60,346 nucleotides of DNA from Chiloscyllium plagiosum (taxonomy: Eukaryota): positions 64,612,864 to 64,673,209 of the forward strand of contig NC_057719.1 in assembly GCF_004010195.1 (NCBI RefSeq). Reading direction: 5' to 3'. Made by a program: the position numbers and the translations under genes. The notes under the pieces are model-generated. The model searched no databases. It saw only the letters and a program-made list of their open reading frames with translations, and was not told where the DNA came from. Positions 12,255 through 25,475 of this stretch are shown here, piece by piece (positions within the stretch are counted from its first letter, which is position 1; each line of letters begins with the position of its first letter).

Positions 12255-12645
12255 GAAATTATTTCAAGCAGTCTAAACTCATTTTGTAGTGTATTGACAA
12301 ATTTGTCACTAAATTGACCATTGTGATTGACTTCTGATTGATTTTAAAAAATGGAGAAATTGGAATTAGTGTGCTTGCATATTTCCAAATAATGGTACCA
12401 GTTATTTAGACACTGCAGCGTCTTTGGAAAATGGGCAGTCACACTGAGATTCTGTTCATACAGTAATAATACTTAGCTTTTTGCTTGACAAATTTCTGTT
12501 TATTAATTCTGTGAGATTTCTGTTTATTAATTTAAGAATCCACATAGATAAGGGCTTTTTATGGGTGATTTTACGTTGTCTTTTGAGGTAGTGAGACTGA
12601 TTACAATGAGGAATGAATTGCCAAAACACAAATACTTTTCCCTAA

Positions 12646-12813
12646 AAAACAAAAACAGAAATTGCAGATGCAATCAGTTTTAAAGAAGGGTCACTGGGCT
12701 TGAAATGCTAACTCTGTTTTCTCTTCACAGATTCTGCCAACTTGCTGAGTTTGTCCAGCAATTTCTGGTTTTGCTTGTTTCTGATGTGTATCTGCAGTTC
12801 TTGTTTCAACAAG
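12646..12813 (+). mobile_element. Old Penelope-like short insertion with a decayed hammerhead
   Basis: aagaagggtcactgggcttgaaatgcta core remnant. 15-bp TSD aatactt(t/c)tccctaa at 12631-12645 and 12814-12828. Confidence 0.6.
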
Positions 12814-15103
12814 AATACTTCTCCCTAACCTCTCACTTGTTCTTCAGACTTTTTATATCAACAGAACTAGTAGCCCCCTACTGAATTTGGAGACTGATGA
12901 TGAAGTGTGTCACCACCATAGTCAGAGTTAGATAAATCAGAGAATTTGTCATCTTCAGTTAATTTACTAGCATGTTGGCAGTTCTTTGTAATATAAATGT
13001 GCAATAAGTGAAATCACACTTTTCACTAATTTTGCATGTGGTTTTGAAATCCATAGAATGGTTCTGGATATCTGTATAAGTCAGATTTTCAAAACGTATA
13101 ATTAACAAGCTGAACAAATATTGACCATTGTTTTCTTCAGTGAAATATTTTTTGCGTAAATTCAGGAGGCAATATCCAATTTTCCTGAAATCTATTATTG
13201 CTGTGTTTAATTGTGAGAGTCAATAATAGTTAATTTCCGTTTGTAAGAAATTCATAAAAAAACACAATGTGTTTATAAATTATTTGTGCAAAAGAAATTT
13301 TAAATAATTTTCTTTGTGGCAAATGTGAATGGAAGTTTAAAAAAAAAAGGCATTATCTTTGTTTCTGATCCCATGTGGTTGTTCTGCATTAAAATAGTAG
13401 AAATCACATTTATGTTGTGTTTGGACCAAATTTTCAAATATTCCAAGTACGGTGGTCTTGCTATTGTTCTTATATTCCAGCCGTGACAAGTGGGACTTTA
13501 TTGTGGACAGATATTCGGAGGATTAAATCCTAAAACTGCAACTCCCAACACACACACACGTCTACATATTTTATACTGGCTAGTAGTGTGGTGTCTGAAT
13601 AATAGTCAGAAAACAATATTTTCCTGTCATTTCCCCACCCAAGATGTACATCACTATGACAGTGTGGGTTCCTTAGGATTTAGGAAACCCGGCAGTGAAA
13701 TGGAGGTAGAAGCTACTATTTTGTGAATGGGTGTCTATTTTACATCTTGTGCACCAGGAAAAGCTTGAGTGATTCTTTCAAAGAGCTTTCAATGCCCTGT
13801 CTTCTGTAAATTGCAACCTCTGACTAGCCACTTTCAGGATTACTGGCTCGATTTCCATTATCGGACCTTGAACTACAGCCTGTTTGTATAGCGATTGTTG
13901 GGGAACCATTCTCAAATGTTCCTGACTGTAGTCTCCATGTTTGATTTTTCCCAAGCAGCAGCCAGCTAGCCTGTTAATTTTGGGTCATTGGAAAACGGGA
14001 GATTTTCAAAATGTGATGTCCCATTGTTGTATGTAATAAGATTTCCCCCCCCCCCCACTCCATTTTCCTGGTACCTCTAGGTTTCTATTCTGTCACAGAC
14101 TTTTCTTCGATCCTCAGAATATCCCAGAAGTAATGCTATGAACTTGAGATTAAGTTATTACACAAAAATAAAACTGCAACTTTTTTTCTGCTTTTCTCAT
14201 AGGAGAAGAATGGGCATATGTCATTTAGAAAGGGATTTGAGAGGAAGATGGAAGATCATGCCTAATTGTTTATTGAATGCCTACTCCTCTTTCTATCTTT
14301 TATGCCTGGAACCTCATGCACATTTATAATATAGAAGTGGAGAAAGCAAAATGACAGAATTTCAGTGGAAAGGGGCAACATTTGTAATATGTTCCACTAA
14401 CTAGGCCTTACTATTTCAATGAAAGGAAACAGAACAGAACAAAATAAAATAGAACTTCAACTGAGGTACACTGTATCGTCTGGTGCTTTAGTGATCATTA
14501 ATGGTATATAATAAACAGACTTTAAGATAGGATTAAGTTTTGTTTTTGTTTAAGTAAGGGCTAGATTTTACCAACTCTTTTTGGCGACAGGTTGGAAAGT
14601 GGGCTGGGGAGCCTGATTTCATCCCTCCATCACGACGTATTACCTAAGGCAGGTATATCAGTGGCACAGCTACCCAGGGGTAGCCACTAGAGACAATTAA
14701 GTACCTAATTAAGGACTGCACCTTGCCTCCACCAGCATTTTACCATAGTCAGGAGTGGCACTGCTGCTTCAAAGAAAGACTTATCCAGGGGCTACTTTCT
14801 GGCCCATTTAGGAACCCCTCTGTGGCAAAGGGCACCGTCATGGTGAAGACATTGCTACTGGAACATTTACCCCCAGCCACTCCCTCCGCAGACTCCTTCC
14901 CTGACCCCTCAACAACCACCACCAACTCTGATTGCTGAGGACTGCTTGGCTAGCCCTGTTTTGCTGAATAAACCTACCTTGTCTCTAAGGATGCCTTCCT
15001 TATCCGCCCCTTCCCTGTCCTGCAAGATTTTGATGAAAAAACTTCCTCAATTGTGGTGATATTCAGCCTTTTTGTTGCTAATATAATGAATGCCTTTTCC
15101 TAG

Positions 15104-15273
15104 ACCACAATAAGCAAGAAGATTTGGATTATAAAGCTGAAGATGCCCAACTTGAAGAGGCAATAATGAAAATGGAAAAGCTGGATAAAATTTTGGTTAT
15201 GAAGCAGGAGAAAGAAAGGCAAGTGAAGAAACAAGGAGAAGAGCTAAGGAAAAAGCTTTGGGAGGAGCTTCAG
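15104..15273 (+). CDS. FSIP1: FSIP1 coding exon 4, coiled coil (DAQLEEAIMKMEKLDKILVMKQEKERQVKKQGEELRKKLWEELQ)
   Basis: Acceptor tttcctag, donor CAG|gtaaat, phase 1 to 0. Matches the recalled FSIP1 segment [42 protein letters not shown]. Confidence 0.93.
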
Positions 15274-17104
15274 GTAAATCAGCATCAAGAAACCCGTGTA
15301 AATTTCTGATCCTTTTCTATCATTTTTCTTAGTGTCATATATTGAGCAATGAATACATTTTATGTTTTTAATGTAATTTAAAAAAAATCTTTGCTTTCTA
15401 TCACTGAGTTGAAAACTTCAAGAGTTTGCTGTGACAGCTAACAAGTAAATATTACTGTCTGTTCTGTCATGGTAATTCTCACATATTGCATACACTTATT
15501 TAGCTCATATTTGCATGTTTGCTAACATTGCATTAAAGCATCCAACTTAACATTTTATGCTTTCAAAATTGATTTTTAATTATAGGGTCCACTAAAGTCA
15601 AAAACAGAATGAACACTGGCCATTGAAATTAAAATAATTAAAAGTCATTCGTATTTCATACTGAAATTCCATATTTAATATCTTTGAGTCCTCTGGTAGT
15701 TGCTAATGATGTTGCATTGATGATGAAGACCTTAACTCTCTGATTAAGCATCCAGCTGATTAACATTCTTAAGTTATTGGTCCTTTGCAGTGGCCTGGGA
15801 GCCTGTTAATCTTCTGGTCCAGAGATAGAGACACTGTCACTATACTGCAAGTATCCTGCCCCAGCTGTATACTCTTATACTTTATTTAAACAATTAACAG
15901 TGATGGTATTTCCATTGTTCTTTTATTTGGTGTTAGATAGTTCTTGAAACTGTTGTAGATGTTTCAGGAGAACACTCAAATCCCAGGGCCATAATTATTT
16001 TAAAATGAGAATAGGTCATTCAATATTCTAGCTATATCTTATTAACATGTGCTGTTTTCATGATGGGAACTGGGATTATGTAATTAAACCTAATGTTTCA
16101 TCATTTAGATATTAAATATTATTGCTTTATCTTTATAGATTGTAGACTGTGAAAAACTGACTCCGTTTTATCATTACTGCCTATATTCTCTGTGAACCAA
16201 TCGCACCTTTTAATCTCATTTCTCCCTTGTTCACTCTGACCTTTCAGTTGTTTCATTGCCTGTTCTCTAAGTTGGATTTACTCCGAGGTCATAAGAATTG
16301 GAATGGAAGTTTCAACAAAATTATTGTGATTTTCCTCAATCGGTGAAATTGTTTGGTTGATAACTTTGAGACTGCTGATTGGAGGCGATGAGGACAGAGC
16401 AGTATTAGAAAAGAAAAATAAAACAATATTGCAACATAGATTGAGCACTTTTTCAAATCTAACTCTGTGCAGTAAGTTTTAATTATACAAAGAAATAGGA
16501 ATGACAGGATAGAAAAGTGTATTTTATGAGAGAAACTTGGGGGATAATGTGCCCCAAGTAATTGAAGTAATTGGGAAAACAGGAGGTGGTTTCAAAGTTA
16601 ATTTAAAAAATGGACAAACTTGAAATGAAAAAATGGAAAAACTAATACGGAAATAAGTGCTAGCTTGGAAGTTAAGCAATAAAATGTGTCCTCTTCTCAG
16701 TAATCAGTAGCAACACACTAAATGACTGTAAGATGATTCAAGAATATTAAATAGGGGTGCATTTTCAGCCTTACTATCTAGAAATGGTTTGTCAGATTGC
16801 ATCTAATCTAATATAATCCTCTACCTTTTGCAAAATCTGTCTGGTTTCATTTCCTTATTGATGATTAATTTGTTCTAACAACACCTACTGACCAAAATTT
16901 ACTGATGAAAATATAACTTAGGATATGCAATTATGGAGGCAAGTGATGATAAAACAATCAAGAGAGATAAAGTGAAAAAAAAAGACAATTGCAGCTATAA
17001 GAAGGTACTGAAAAGCTTTGAAGACGATAGAAGACTAACATATTAGACTTGTCTCACTCAAATTTGTATCACTAACATTAAGTAGCAGATTTAAAAAATT
17101 TGAT

Positions 17105-17430
17105 CAAGGACTGTGGGTGTCACTAACTCAGCTAGCATTTTTTGTCCATCGCTATTGTCCAGATGTTAAGAGTCAACCACATTGCTGTGGGTCTGGAGTT
17201 ACCTGTAGGCCAGACCCAGGTAAGGATGGCTGCTTTCCTTCCTGAAGGGCATTAATGAGTTTTTGTGTCTTTATAACATTAATAGTTGTTATATGATCAC
17301 CATAAGTCTAGCCTTTTATTTTTAAATTTTTATTCAAATTTTAACACTTGCCGTAACGGGTTACACACCTATGTCTCAAGAACATTAACTTGAGGTTCTG
17401 GGTTATTTTTTATGACTATAACACTGTTTG
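17105..17430 (-). mobile_element. tRNA-derived SINE with a Meta-domain-like core
   Basis: gttaagagtcaaccacattgctgtgggtctggagttacctgtaggccagacc..ggtaaggatggc..ttccttcc is the reverse complement of the recalled MetaSINE core. Confidence 0.5.
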
Positions 17431-19623
17431 CCCAATTATGTATGCAACTGAAACAAGGATGGATCAGGCCTTCACTGATTACTCTTGTGATTCCTGTATG
17501 AGACTTACTACACAGTGACGTACTCAGACTTGAATACTCTATTCAATGTATACGACCAGTAAATTGTAGTGAAATAAAAATATATAAACAGGTGATGATA
17601 GAATAACGATATGACATAGTTCTTCTGAATGTTTTCCAGCTGTTTAAACACAAGTGATCAGCATGACATTTTCCAGAGCATCATAGAAATGCCTGACTAA
17701 CCTTCGAGTAAACTATCACCCTCAGAATTTCTAGAACTACGTTTGACTTAGCCTCTTTACACAATGTGTAGCATACATTCTATACTCTGCTAAGGATATA
17801 GGGGTAGTCAGGTAGTGTGGACTCTTATTCTCAAATGACAGCTATATTAAACTATAGTGTTATGCAAGATCTGTTCACTGAATATACACTACAAAAATCT
17901 CTAGTACCCTTACTAAGCATTAAGTCCTGATCATTTGGTAGGAAAAAAGTGAGAAAGAGGCTCAGAAGAAAGCAAGCAGCAGGAATATGAACATTGGAAT
18001 CTCTGTTGCAGAAAATGTAAGTGCAGGGAAACTATTTCCTATGAAAATTTTATTGCTTTTGCTAAGTACAATAATGTATAGGTGTAATTGCAGTTTTATT
18101 TATTTGCCCTTTAATTCCTCTCAGTTTGTTCAACCTTCAGATACAAAAGAATATTTATATTGAGGGTTGTAGGTAAGGAAGTTGGCTTTTTAAAAAGCTT
18201 TTGCGATGGTATTATAAATGTGATTAATTGAACTTCTTCATTTTATAAGAAAACTGATTTTGAACTGCACTTTTAGATCATTTGTCTCACAATTATTATT
18301 TATATTAGTTTAGTTATTCATTGCACAGTCCAGTTAGGTTTTAGGACTTTCTATCCTTCTGTTGAATTGCAATCCTTTTAAAGATACCCAAGAACTGACG
18401 TATGATTGACTATTCACTAAGGTATGTGTATCTGCTGGATGCAGAGGATAGCAGTGACTGTCCTTGCACTGAACATTTGGACTGTTGTCCTTGCAGGATG
18501 TCAGGCGGAGCGTGGGGGCTTATCACAATTCTCTGCAGCAGTGAACTCTGCAAATAAAATATCAAGACAATTACTGGATATGGGGTGGAGCAGGCTGACA
18601 TGATAGCTATAATAGTCAGTAGAGTTCCTTCTTGCACTCCATGATCACCAAACTAAACCAGCTTTGGATATGTCCTGTACCATTACCACATCCAAAACGT
18701 TCATCTATTGCTTTCTCAGCATTTTCTGCAAACATTAGAGGAGAAAAAAGTAAGGTTTCCAGTGATTTTTGAGGTGAATACCTTGTCACTGGATTTCCCC
18801 AGGTACCAGGAGGTGTCAGGTTGCCTAACCATACTTCCAATTCTCTCAAAGCTCAGGAAATCTAAGTAAGCCTGTGCAACAATGGAAACTGGTGAGAGGG
18901 AACATTTTACAAGTCAACTGCTGTGATTACAGTCAGAACTTGAAGAGGAGCTAATACAGTCTAAACTTTAGATGAGTCTGGAGTAATGGAGGAGCATGAT
19001 AGCAGGGTATGATGATGTGGTATTTGGGAGCCACTTGAGAGCAAGTGTTAAAGTTTGTGTGGGTTGTTGGGGGGGAGGGAGGGTTGGGGGCACACAAGTG
19101 CCTGCAATGGGCAAAGGAAATTCCCACTATTCTGCTGAAAGGTTATAGGAGCTTAACTCTGTCTGTGTACAAATGCTGCCAGACGTGCTGAACTTTTCCA
19201 CCGTTTTCTCTTTTTACTCTTCAGAGCACACCTTTTTAATCAACCCTTTGGTCCCCTTTCTAAATATCTCCTCCTTTTGCTCAGTTTTATCATCTTGTAT
19301 GGCTGCATTTGTGAAGTGCGTTGTGAGTTTTACCCACATTGAATGCCTTATAAATGCAATTTTCTTTTATCAAATGCATGATTCTTGCCATACAGTCTTA
19401 GCAATAATGTTAGAATTGAATTTTGACAAGTGTTTTAGATGGAATGAAATACTTGTAACTGTAGAAGAATAATAATAGAACTTGGTTCAAATGAGCAATA
19501 AAACTGATAAATGACAAAACTTCATTTACACTTAGAATCACAGTGTGTATCAATGAAATAGTTTATTAAAATCAGAAAGCTCCAGCTGTGGTGAAAATTA
19601 AATAATGATTTTCTTTGTTTCAG

Positions 19624-19699
19624 AGGGAGGAATTGGTGGAGTGCCCTGAGGTGGCAGAAAATACAAAGAAGTTTCTAGCTTTGACACCAACTGGCAATG
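19624..19699 (+). CDS. FSIP1: FSIP1 coding exon 5 (REELVECPEVAENTKKFLALTPTGN)
   Basis: Acceptor tttcag, donor G|gtgagt, phase 0 to 1. Contains the conserved ENTKKFL motif. Confidence 0.92.
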
Positions 19700-19825
19700 G
19701 TGAGTGGAAGGATAATCTAACGGTGTTAATTATGCAAAGTGAGATGGAGAAATCAGTGAAATTATTGTGACCATACCGCTTTTTGCCTTTGGGTACTGTT
19801 CGACATTATGAAGGAATGACATACA

Positions 19826-20662
19826 TTAGTGAGTTTTGAGAAGATTTCTAAATCAGGTTGAGGTTCTGGATGTAGGTTTGCTGGCTGAGCTGGAAGGTTC
19901 AATTTCAGAAGTTTCAGCATCATAGTAGGTAACCTCATCAGTGAGCCTCTGGATGAAGCACTGGTGGCACGGCCCGCTTTCTGTTTGTGTTTAGGTTTCC
20001 TTGGGTTGGTGATGTCATTTCCTGTTATTTTTCTCAGGGGGTGATAGATGGGATCTAACTCGATGTGTTTGTTAATAGAGTTCTGGTTGGAATGCCATGC
20101 TTCTTGGGATTCTCGTGCGTGTCTCTGTTTGGCGTGTCCAAGGATGGATGTGTTGTCCCAGTTGAAGTATTTTGTAAATGACATTAGTTTTGCTTGTTGT
20201 CTGCATAGGGTCTTTCAAGTTCATTAACTGCTGATTTAGTGTTGGTGAGTTTGTAGGCTACCATGATGCCAAGAGGTGTGAGTAGTCTGGCAGTCATTTC
20301 CGAGATGCCTTTGATGTAGGGGAGAGTGACTAGGGTTTCTGGATGTGTCTTGTCTGCTTGATTGGGTTTGTTGCTGAGAAATCGGTGTCTGCGATCATTA
20401 GGTACCTGTTCTTTTTGGATACACTGTATAGGTGATTTTCCTTTGCTCTACGTAATTCCTCTGTACTGCAGTGTGTGGTGGCTCATTAAAATAATGTTTT
20501 AATGCAGCTTTGTTTATTGTTGTTGGGATGATTGCTTCTGTAGTTCAGTATTTGGTCAGTATGTGTTGTTTTCCTGTTGACGCTAGTTTGAAGTTCCCCA
20601 TTGGCTGTTTGTTCTACTGCAACATTTAGGAATGGCCGTTTGTTGTTGTTTTCCTCCACTTT
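19826..20662 (-). mobile_element. Penelope-like element fragment (family C)
   Basis: ORF 19762..20184 encodes a GIY-YIG C-terminus (FNWDNTSILGHAKQRHARESQEAWHSNQNSINKH), RT thumb remnants lie upstream, and a decayed hammerhead (ctgatgaggttacc...gaaac) is at about 19905-19945. Confidence 0.8.
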
Positions 20663-23197
20663 ACTGATGGCTCTTGGGGCTCGTCATACAATTATAGGGG
20701 GAGATTTTAATTGCATTATGGACCTGGAGATAGACAGGATACCCATAGATCCAGGCATTTGGCAGATTTGAATAAAGAGATAGGATTAGTAAATGTGTGA
20801 AGGTGCCTCCACCCACAAAGCAGAGATTTCTCTTTTTATTCTAACCCACATAAGTGTCACACTAGAATTGATATGTTTTTTGCCCCCTCGACCTTTTTGA
20901 ATTGCATATTATCCTGCAAAATAGGTAATGTAATAATTTCTGATCACGCTGCAGTATATATGGAAATCAACACTAGGAATAATGAGATGACCCCCCTGAC
21001 ATTGGCGTATGGATTCTTTCTTAATGAAGGATAGTAAATTCGTAAAATATTTCTCTCAAGAATTCAAAACTTTTTTGGAAATTAATTCAGGTACGACTAG
21101 TAACCTGTCAATGATGTGGGAGACCATTAAGGCTTATGCGCGGGGTCTGATCATTTCATACTTGGCGACCCAGAAAAAACTAAAGGGAGAACGACAGCGT
21201 CTACTCGAGGCTTGCTTAAAGGCAGCTGAAACAGCATACATTGATAGGCCCTCTGTTGCTAAATTACAAAGGATTACGGCCCTTGGGATAGCCCTGAATA
21301 CTGCGCTCACTCAAACGGCAAAGTGGGAAATATTATTTGCAAGGCAAAGATTGAGTTTGGTGATAAGCCTGGTAGATACCTAGCGTTTCTCCCAAGGCAA
21401 AAAAAGGCCACTCAAGCTATCACGTCCATTAGGGAAAGTGCTGGTACTCTGACTCATGATCATAAAAGGATCAACACAATCTTCAGAAAGTTTTACTCTG
21501 ATTTGTATAAATCGCAGGATTGTGAAGATAGAGCCAGGAAGATGCAGTCCTTTTTTAAAAGCCTGGCCTTTCCGGACTTAACCCTGGAACAGGTATCGAC
21601 CTGAATGTTCCCCTAACAACCCAGGGAATACTTGATGCAATCGGGCAGCTTCAGAGCGGTAAAGCACCTAGTCCAGATGGATTTCAGATTGAATTCTACA
21701 AAGAGTTTTCAGGAGTATTAGCTGGTCCACTTACGGACATGTACAACTACTTATATAGTCAGGGCTGCCTTCCGCCTTCATTGAAAGTGCCGAATATCTC
21801 CCTCATTCTCAAAAAAAGGACCCAGAAGATTGCGCATCATACAGACCAATATTCTTGCTAAATGTAGATTTTTAAATTCTTTCTAAAACATTGAGGCTGG
21901 AGAGTGTATTGCCATATATCATAAAAGATATATCATAAAAGATGGGGTTTATCAAGGGCCATAGATCATCTAATAATATTAGAAGGGTTTTGAATGTGAT
22001 TCAAGTCTGTCATCAGGAAAGAATACCGGGAATAGTAGTCTCGCTGGATGCGGAGAAGGCATTTGACAGGGTTGAATGGTCATACCTGTTCTATACATTG
22101 CAAAGGTTTGGCGTTGGAAAGGTATTTGCTAAATGGGTCTCAACATTGTATAATGACCCCAAAGCAGTCGTGATCACCAATGGCTTAGGCTTGGATAGCT
22201 TCAGTGTTGGTAGGGGCTGCCGTCAGGGATGTCCTCTCTCACCGTTGTAATTCACGCTAATAATTGAGCCACTGGCGGAAGCTATACGGGCTGACTCTAA
22301 TATAACGGCCCCGAGAGTTGGCACAGACAAACATAAAATTACCCTTTATGCAGATGATGTTCTCCTTTTTTTTAGTAATCCTTTGATGTCCTGATCCAAG
22401 TTATTAATTTATTTAGTGCATTCTCAGGTTACACAATTAATTTCTCAAAATCAGAGGCCATGCCGATGGGTGGTCTCACCAATATGTCCCACTTATTGGA
22501 TGGATCTCACTTTCCCTTTCGGTGGTCTCTGGAGGGCTTTTTATATTTAGGTATTTTTATCACCCCAGTATTTGGCTAGCTATACAAGGCCAATTTTGTG
22601 CATCTACTAGAAAGGATAAGGCAGGACATTCAACGTTGGGAGGATCTTCCAATTTCTGGCTCGGTAGAATAGCTCTAATTAAAATGAATGTCTTGCCCTG
22701 TCTCTTATATCGTGAGAATGCTCCCGGTGATGCTGCTGAGGCCGGCACTGTGCAATTGTCTGGTTGGCTTGGTTCTTTCATCTGGAATCATAGGCGGCCC
22801 CTCATTAAGTTAAAGAAGCTACAGCTTCCATAGGCAAGGGGAGGGCTGGATTTTCCAGACTTTAGGAAGTATCAGCTGAGTTCCCTGTTAAGCTACATCG
22901 CCGATTGCGTCTCGTCTGACCTGCAATCAATCTGGTTAGACATGGAGGCTTCTCAAGTAAAGTGCCCTCTTATTAACCTCTTATTTTTAGATAAGTTGAA
23001 AGTTATTATGGACCATTGTAAAAACCCTATAGTATTAAACATAATTAAAGCCTGGAAGATAATGCAGCAAAACAAAGGTAATTCACATAAAACCTCCCCT
23101 TGTACTCCTATAATGGGGGCATGGGGTTAAACACAATTAAAGCCTGGAAGATAATGTGGCAAAATGAGGGTAATTCACATAAAATCTCCCGTTATAA

Positions 23198-23357
23198 GAG
23201 CGGCATGGTGGCTCAGTGTTTAGCACTGCTCCCTCGCAGTGCCAAGGTCCTGGGTTCGATACTGGCCTTGGGTGACTAACTGTGTGGAATTTATACATTC
23301 ACCCCGTGTCTGCATGCGTTTCCTCCCGCCGGGCAGGTGAATTGGCCATACTAAATT
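23198..23357 (+). mobile_element. V-domain SINE 5' part, fused to the Tx1 fragment
   Basis: ggcatggtggctcagtgtttagcactgct, B-box gggttcgatac and a partial V-domain, ending at ggccatactaaattg. Confidence 0.8.
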
Positions 23358-25150
23358 GTTGGCTGGCCAACTGGCTGGAGCTGGAGGCCAAAGTCTCGGC
23401 CGCTGGACAGGACTGCTCCGAGTGCTATCTTATAGGAGTCGAGTGCTGGTCATAAACCAGCTGGTGGCCGCCATGCTGTGGTACCGGCTGGTCACTTTGG
23501 TCCCTCCTCCTGGCTTTGTCAATGACATCCAGAGAACGTTGGTCGACTTCTTCTGGGACAAAATGATGCACTGGGTCGCTGCGCAGGTTCTGAGTCTCCC
23601 TATTGAGGAGGGCGGTCAGTCGCTGGTGTGCGTCCGCACCCAGGTCACGACGTTCCGCCTTCAGACCTTGCAGCAATACCTTTACGTCGAGCCTCCTCCC
23701 AAGGTGGTGCACCCTGGCGACGTATTTTTTCCGCCAGGTGCGTAACCTCAACTCCGACACGCAGCTCCTGTTCATCGACCGTGAAGGTTTGGAGGTCGCC
23801 CTCAAGATGCTGTCTGTCTTTTACCAGGACCTGATCACTGTCTGGAACATGGTCAAATCGCACCGCGCCTACCCTCCGGCAGGAATAGCGGCTGTCGTCG
23901 GGGAGCCTTTGCTCAGGAATCTGCACCTTCGTACTCGTGGGTTCGAGTGGCTGTTGGAGGGGAGGGCCGTGGCGGCGAGGGTGACCAGGGTCGGGGATGT
24001 GCCGGGGCTGGATGCTGCCGCAGGACATAGCAAGCAGGGCAGTGGTAGACATCCGGTACGTGGACACAGCCATCCACCGCCTTAAAACGGCGGTGCTTGG
24101 ACCCGACATGGAGTAAGCTCAGGTGTGCGGTGGGATCCCGTCCGCGCTCACCCCTGCCCAGACGGAATTTCACATTGGCCCCAAGGTCCCATACTTCCCG
24201 GGGGAGCCTGTGCCCCACAACCTGAGCCGCCTCCGGAATTTTCATTTTGTCCCTTTTAAGGATGTAAATAGGCGGGCCCTGTATAGACAGCTGCTGCACA
24301 CCGTCCACCTCTTCTCCCTCATCCACCATTGGGACATGCCTTGGCGTACCCATTTGCCACCGGGCGGTGGGGATCCCCAGTGGAGAGCTCTCTAGGCGGG
24401 AGTCCTCCCCCTTTCTCTCGGGGATCTGGGGTGGAGGGGGCTGCACGCAGCGGTCCTCTGCAACCGCAGATTGCGATGGTTCACAGACTCCCAGCTCAAC
24501 AGCTTGTTCTGTGGCGCTGTGGAGTCCGTGGACCACGTGTATATTGGGTGTGGGCGTTTGATTTTCTTAAAAACCTCCTCCTCTGCTTTTGGTTGCACTT
24601 CAGTCCCACGCTCCTGATCTTCGGGCACCCGGTACGGAGGAGGGAGGGCAGGTCTGAAGACCTCCTTGTGGGTCTGCTCCTCGGCCTGGCCAAACTGGGC
24701 GTCAACAGGTCCAGGCAGCGGGCCGTGGAGGGGGTCGTTAGGGCCGACTGCCTGCCCCTCTTCCGCGGTTACGTTAGAGCCTGGGTGTCCTTGGAGGAGG
24801 AGCACGTGGTGTCCACCAACACCCTGGAGTTGTTTAGGGAGAGGTGGGCGCCACAGGGAGTGGAGTGCATTATTTCCCCTTCCAACTCTATTTTGATTTA
24901 GTCCCTGCCGTTCCTTTCACTGTTTGATCACACAGCATTGCCCTTTTTTGTGAAGGGCAGTGCTTGTCACTGGCCACCCGGGTGTTTTCCTATCTTCCTG
25001 CTGGTGGAAATTGAATAAAGATTCGTGTACCTTGTGTCTCTCACTATGTCTCACACCTGCACACACACACCATGGGTGCTGGGGAAAAAATAAGCACTAC
25101 CGCAGTTAGGCGGTAGTGTGGGGGTTAAAAAAAAAGGAATAAAAAGAAAA
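23358..25150 (+). mobile_element. Tx1-clade LINE 3' portion (GC-rich) nested in L1
   Basis: ORF2 C-terminal frames WTGLLRVLSYRSRVLVINQL, FCGAVESVDHVYIGC (CCHC-like) and FRERWAPQGVEC with stop at 24901, AATAAA near 25014, terminal stem-loop and A tail. Frameshifted. Confidence 0.8.
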
Positions 25151-25307
25151 AAAACCTTCCATTATATTCCTATAACCGGGGCTCACCATATAAAATAAGC
25201 ACTACCGCAGTTAGGCGGTAGTGTGGGGGTTAAAAAAAAAGAAAAAAAAAAGGAATAAAAAGAAAAAAAACCTTCCATTATATTCCTATAACCGGGGCTC
25301 ACCATAT
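25087..25307 (+). repeat. Tandem duplication (105 + 116 bp) of the Tx1 tail/L1 junction
   Basis: aaaataagcactaccgcagttaggcggtagtg...ggggctcaccatat is present at 25087-25191 and 25192-25307, differing only in the A-rich run. Confidence 0.9.
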
Positions 25308-25475
25308 TTAAATCCTGGTGGTCGAGGGGTATCTTCTGTTTAGGGGATCTATTTGATGAGGGGGTCTTGATGTCTTTTGAACAGCTGCACCAGAAATTTG
25401 GACTACCTAATGGAGACCTCTTTCGATACTTCCAAATTTGAGATTACATACAGAAGAAGACTATGTTATTAGATA

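Noticed and set aside
11818..12317. ORFs spanning X runs
   Set aside because: They are artefacts of translating through N gaps across SINE and Penelope sequence. The same applies at 25.4-25.8 kb and 31.1-31.8 kb.
23425..24805. Overlapping minus-strand ORFs of 126-207 aa
   Set aside because: They are antisense shadows of the GC-rich Tx1 ORF2.
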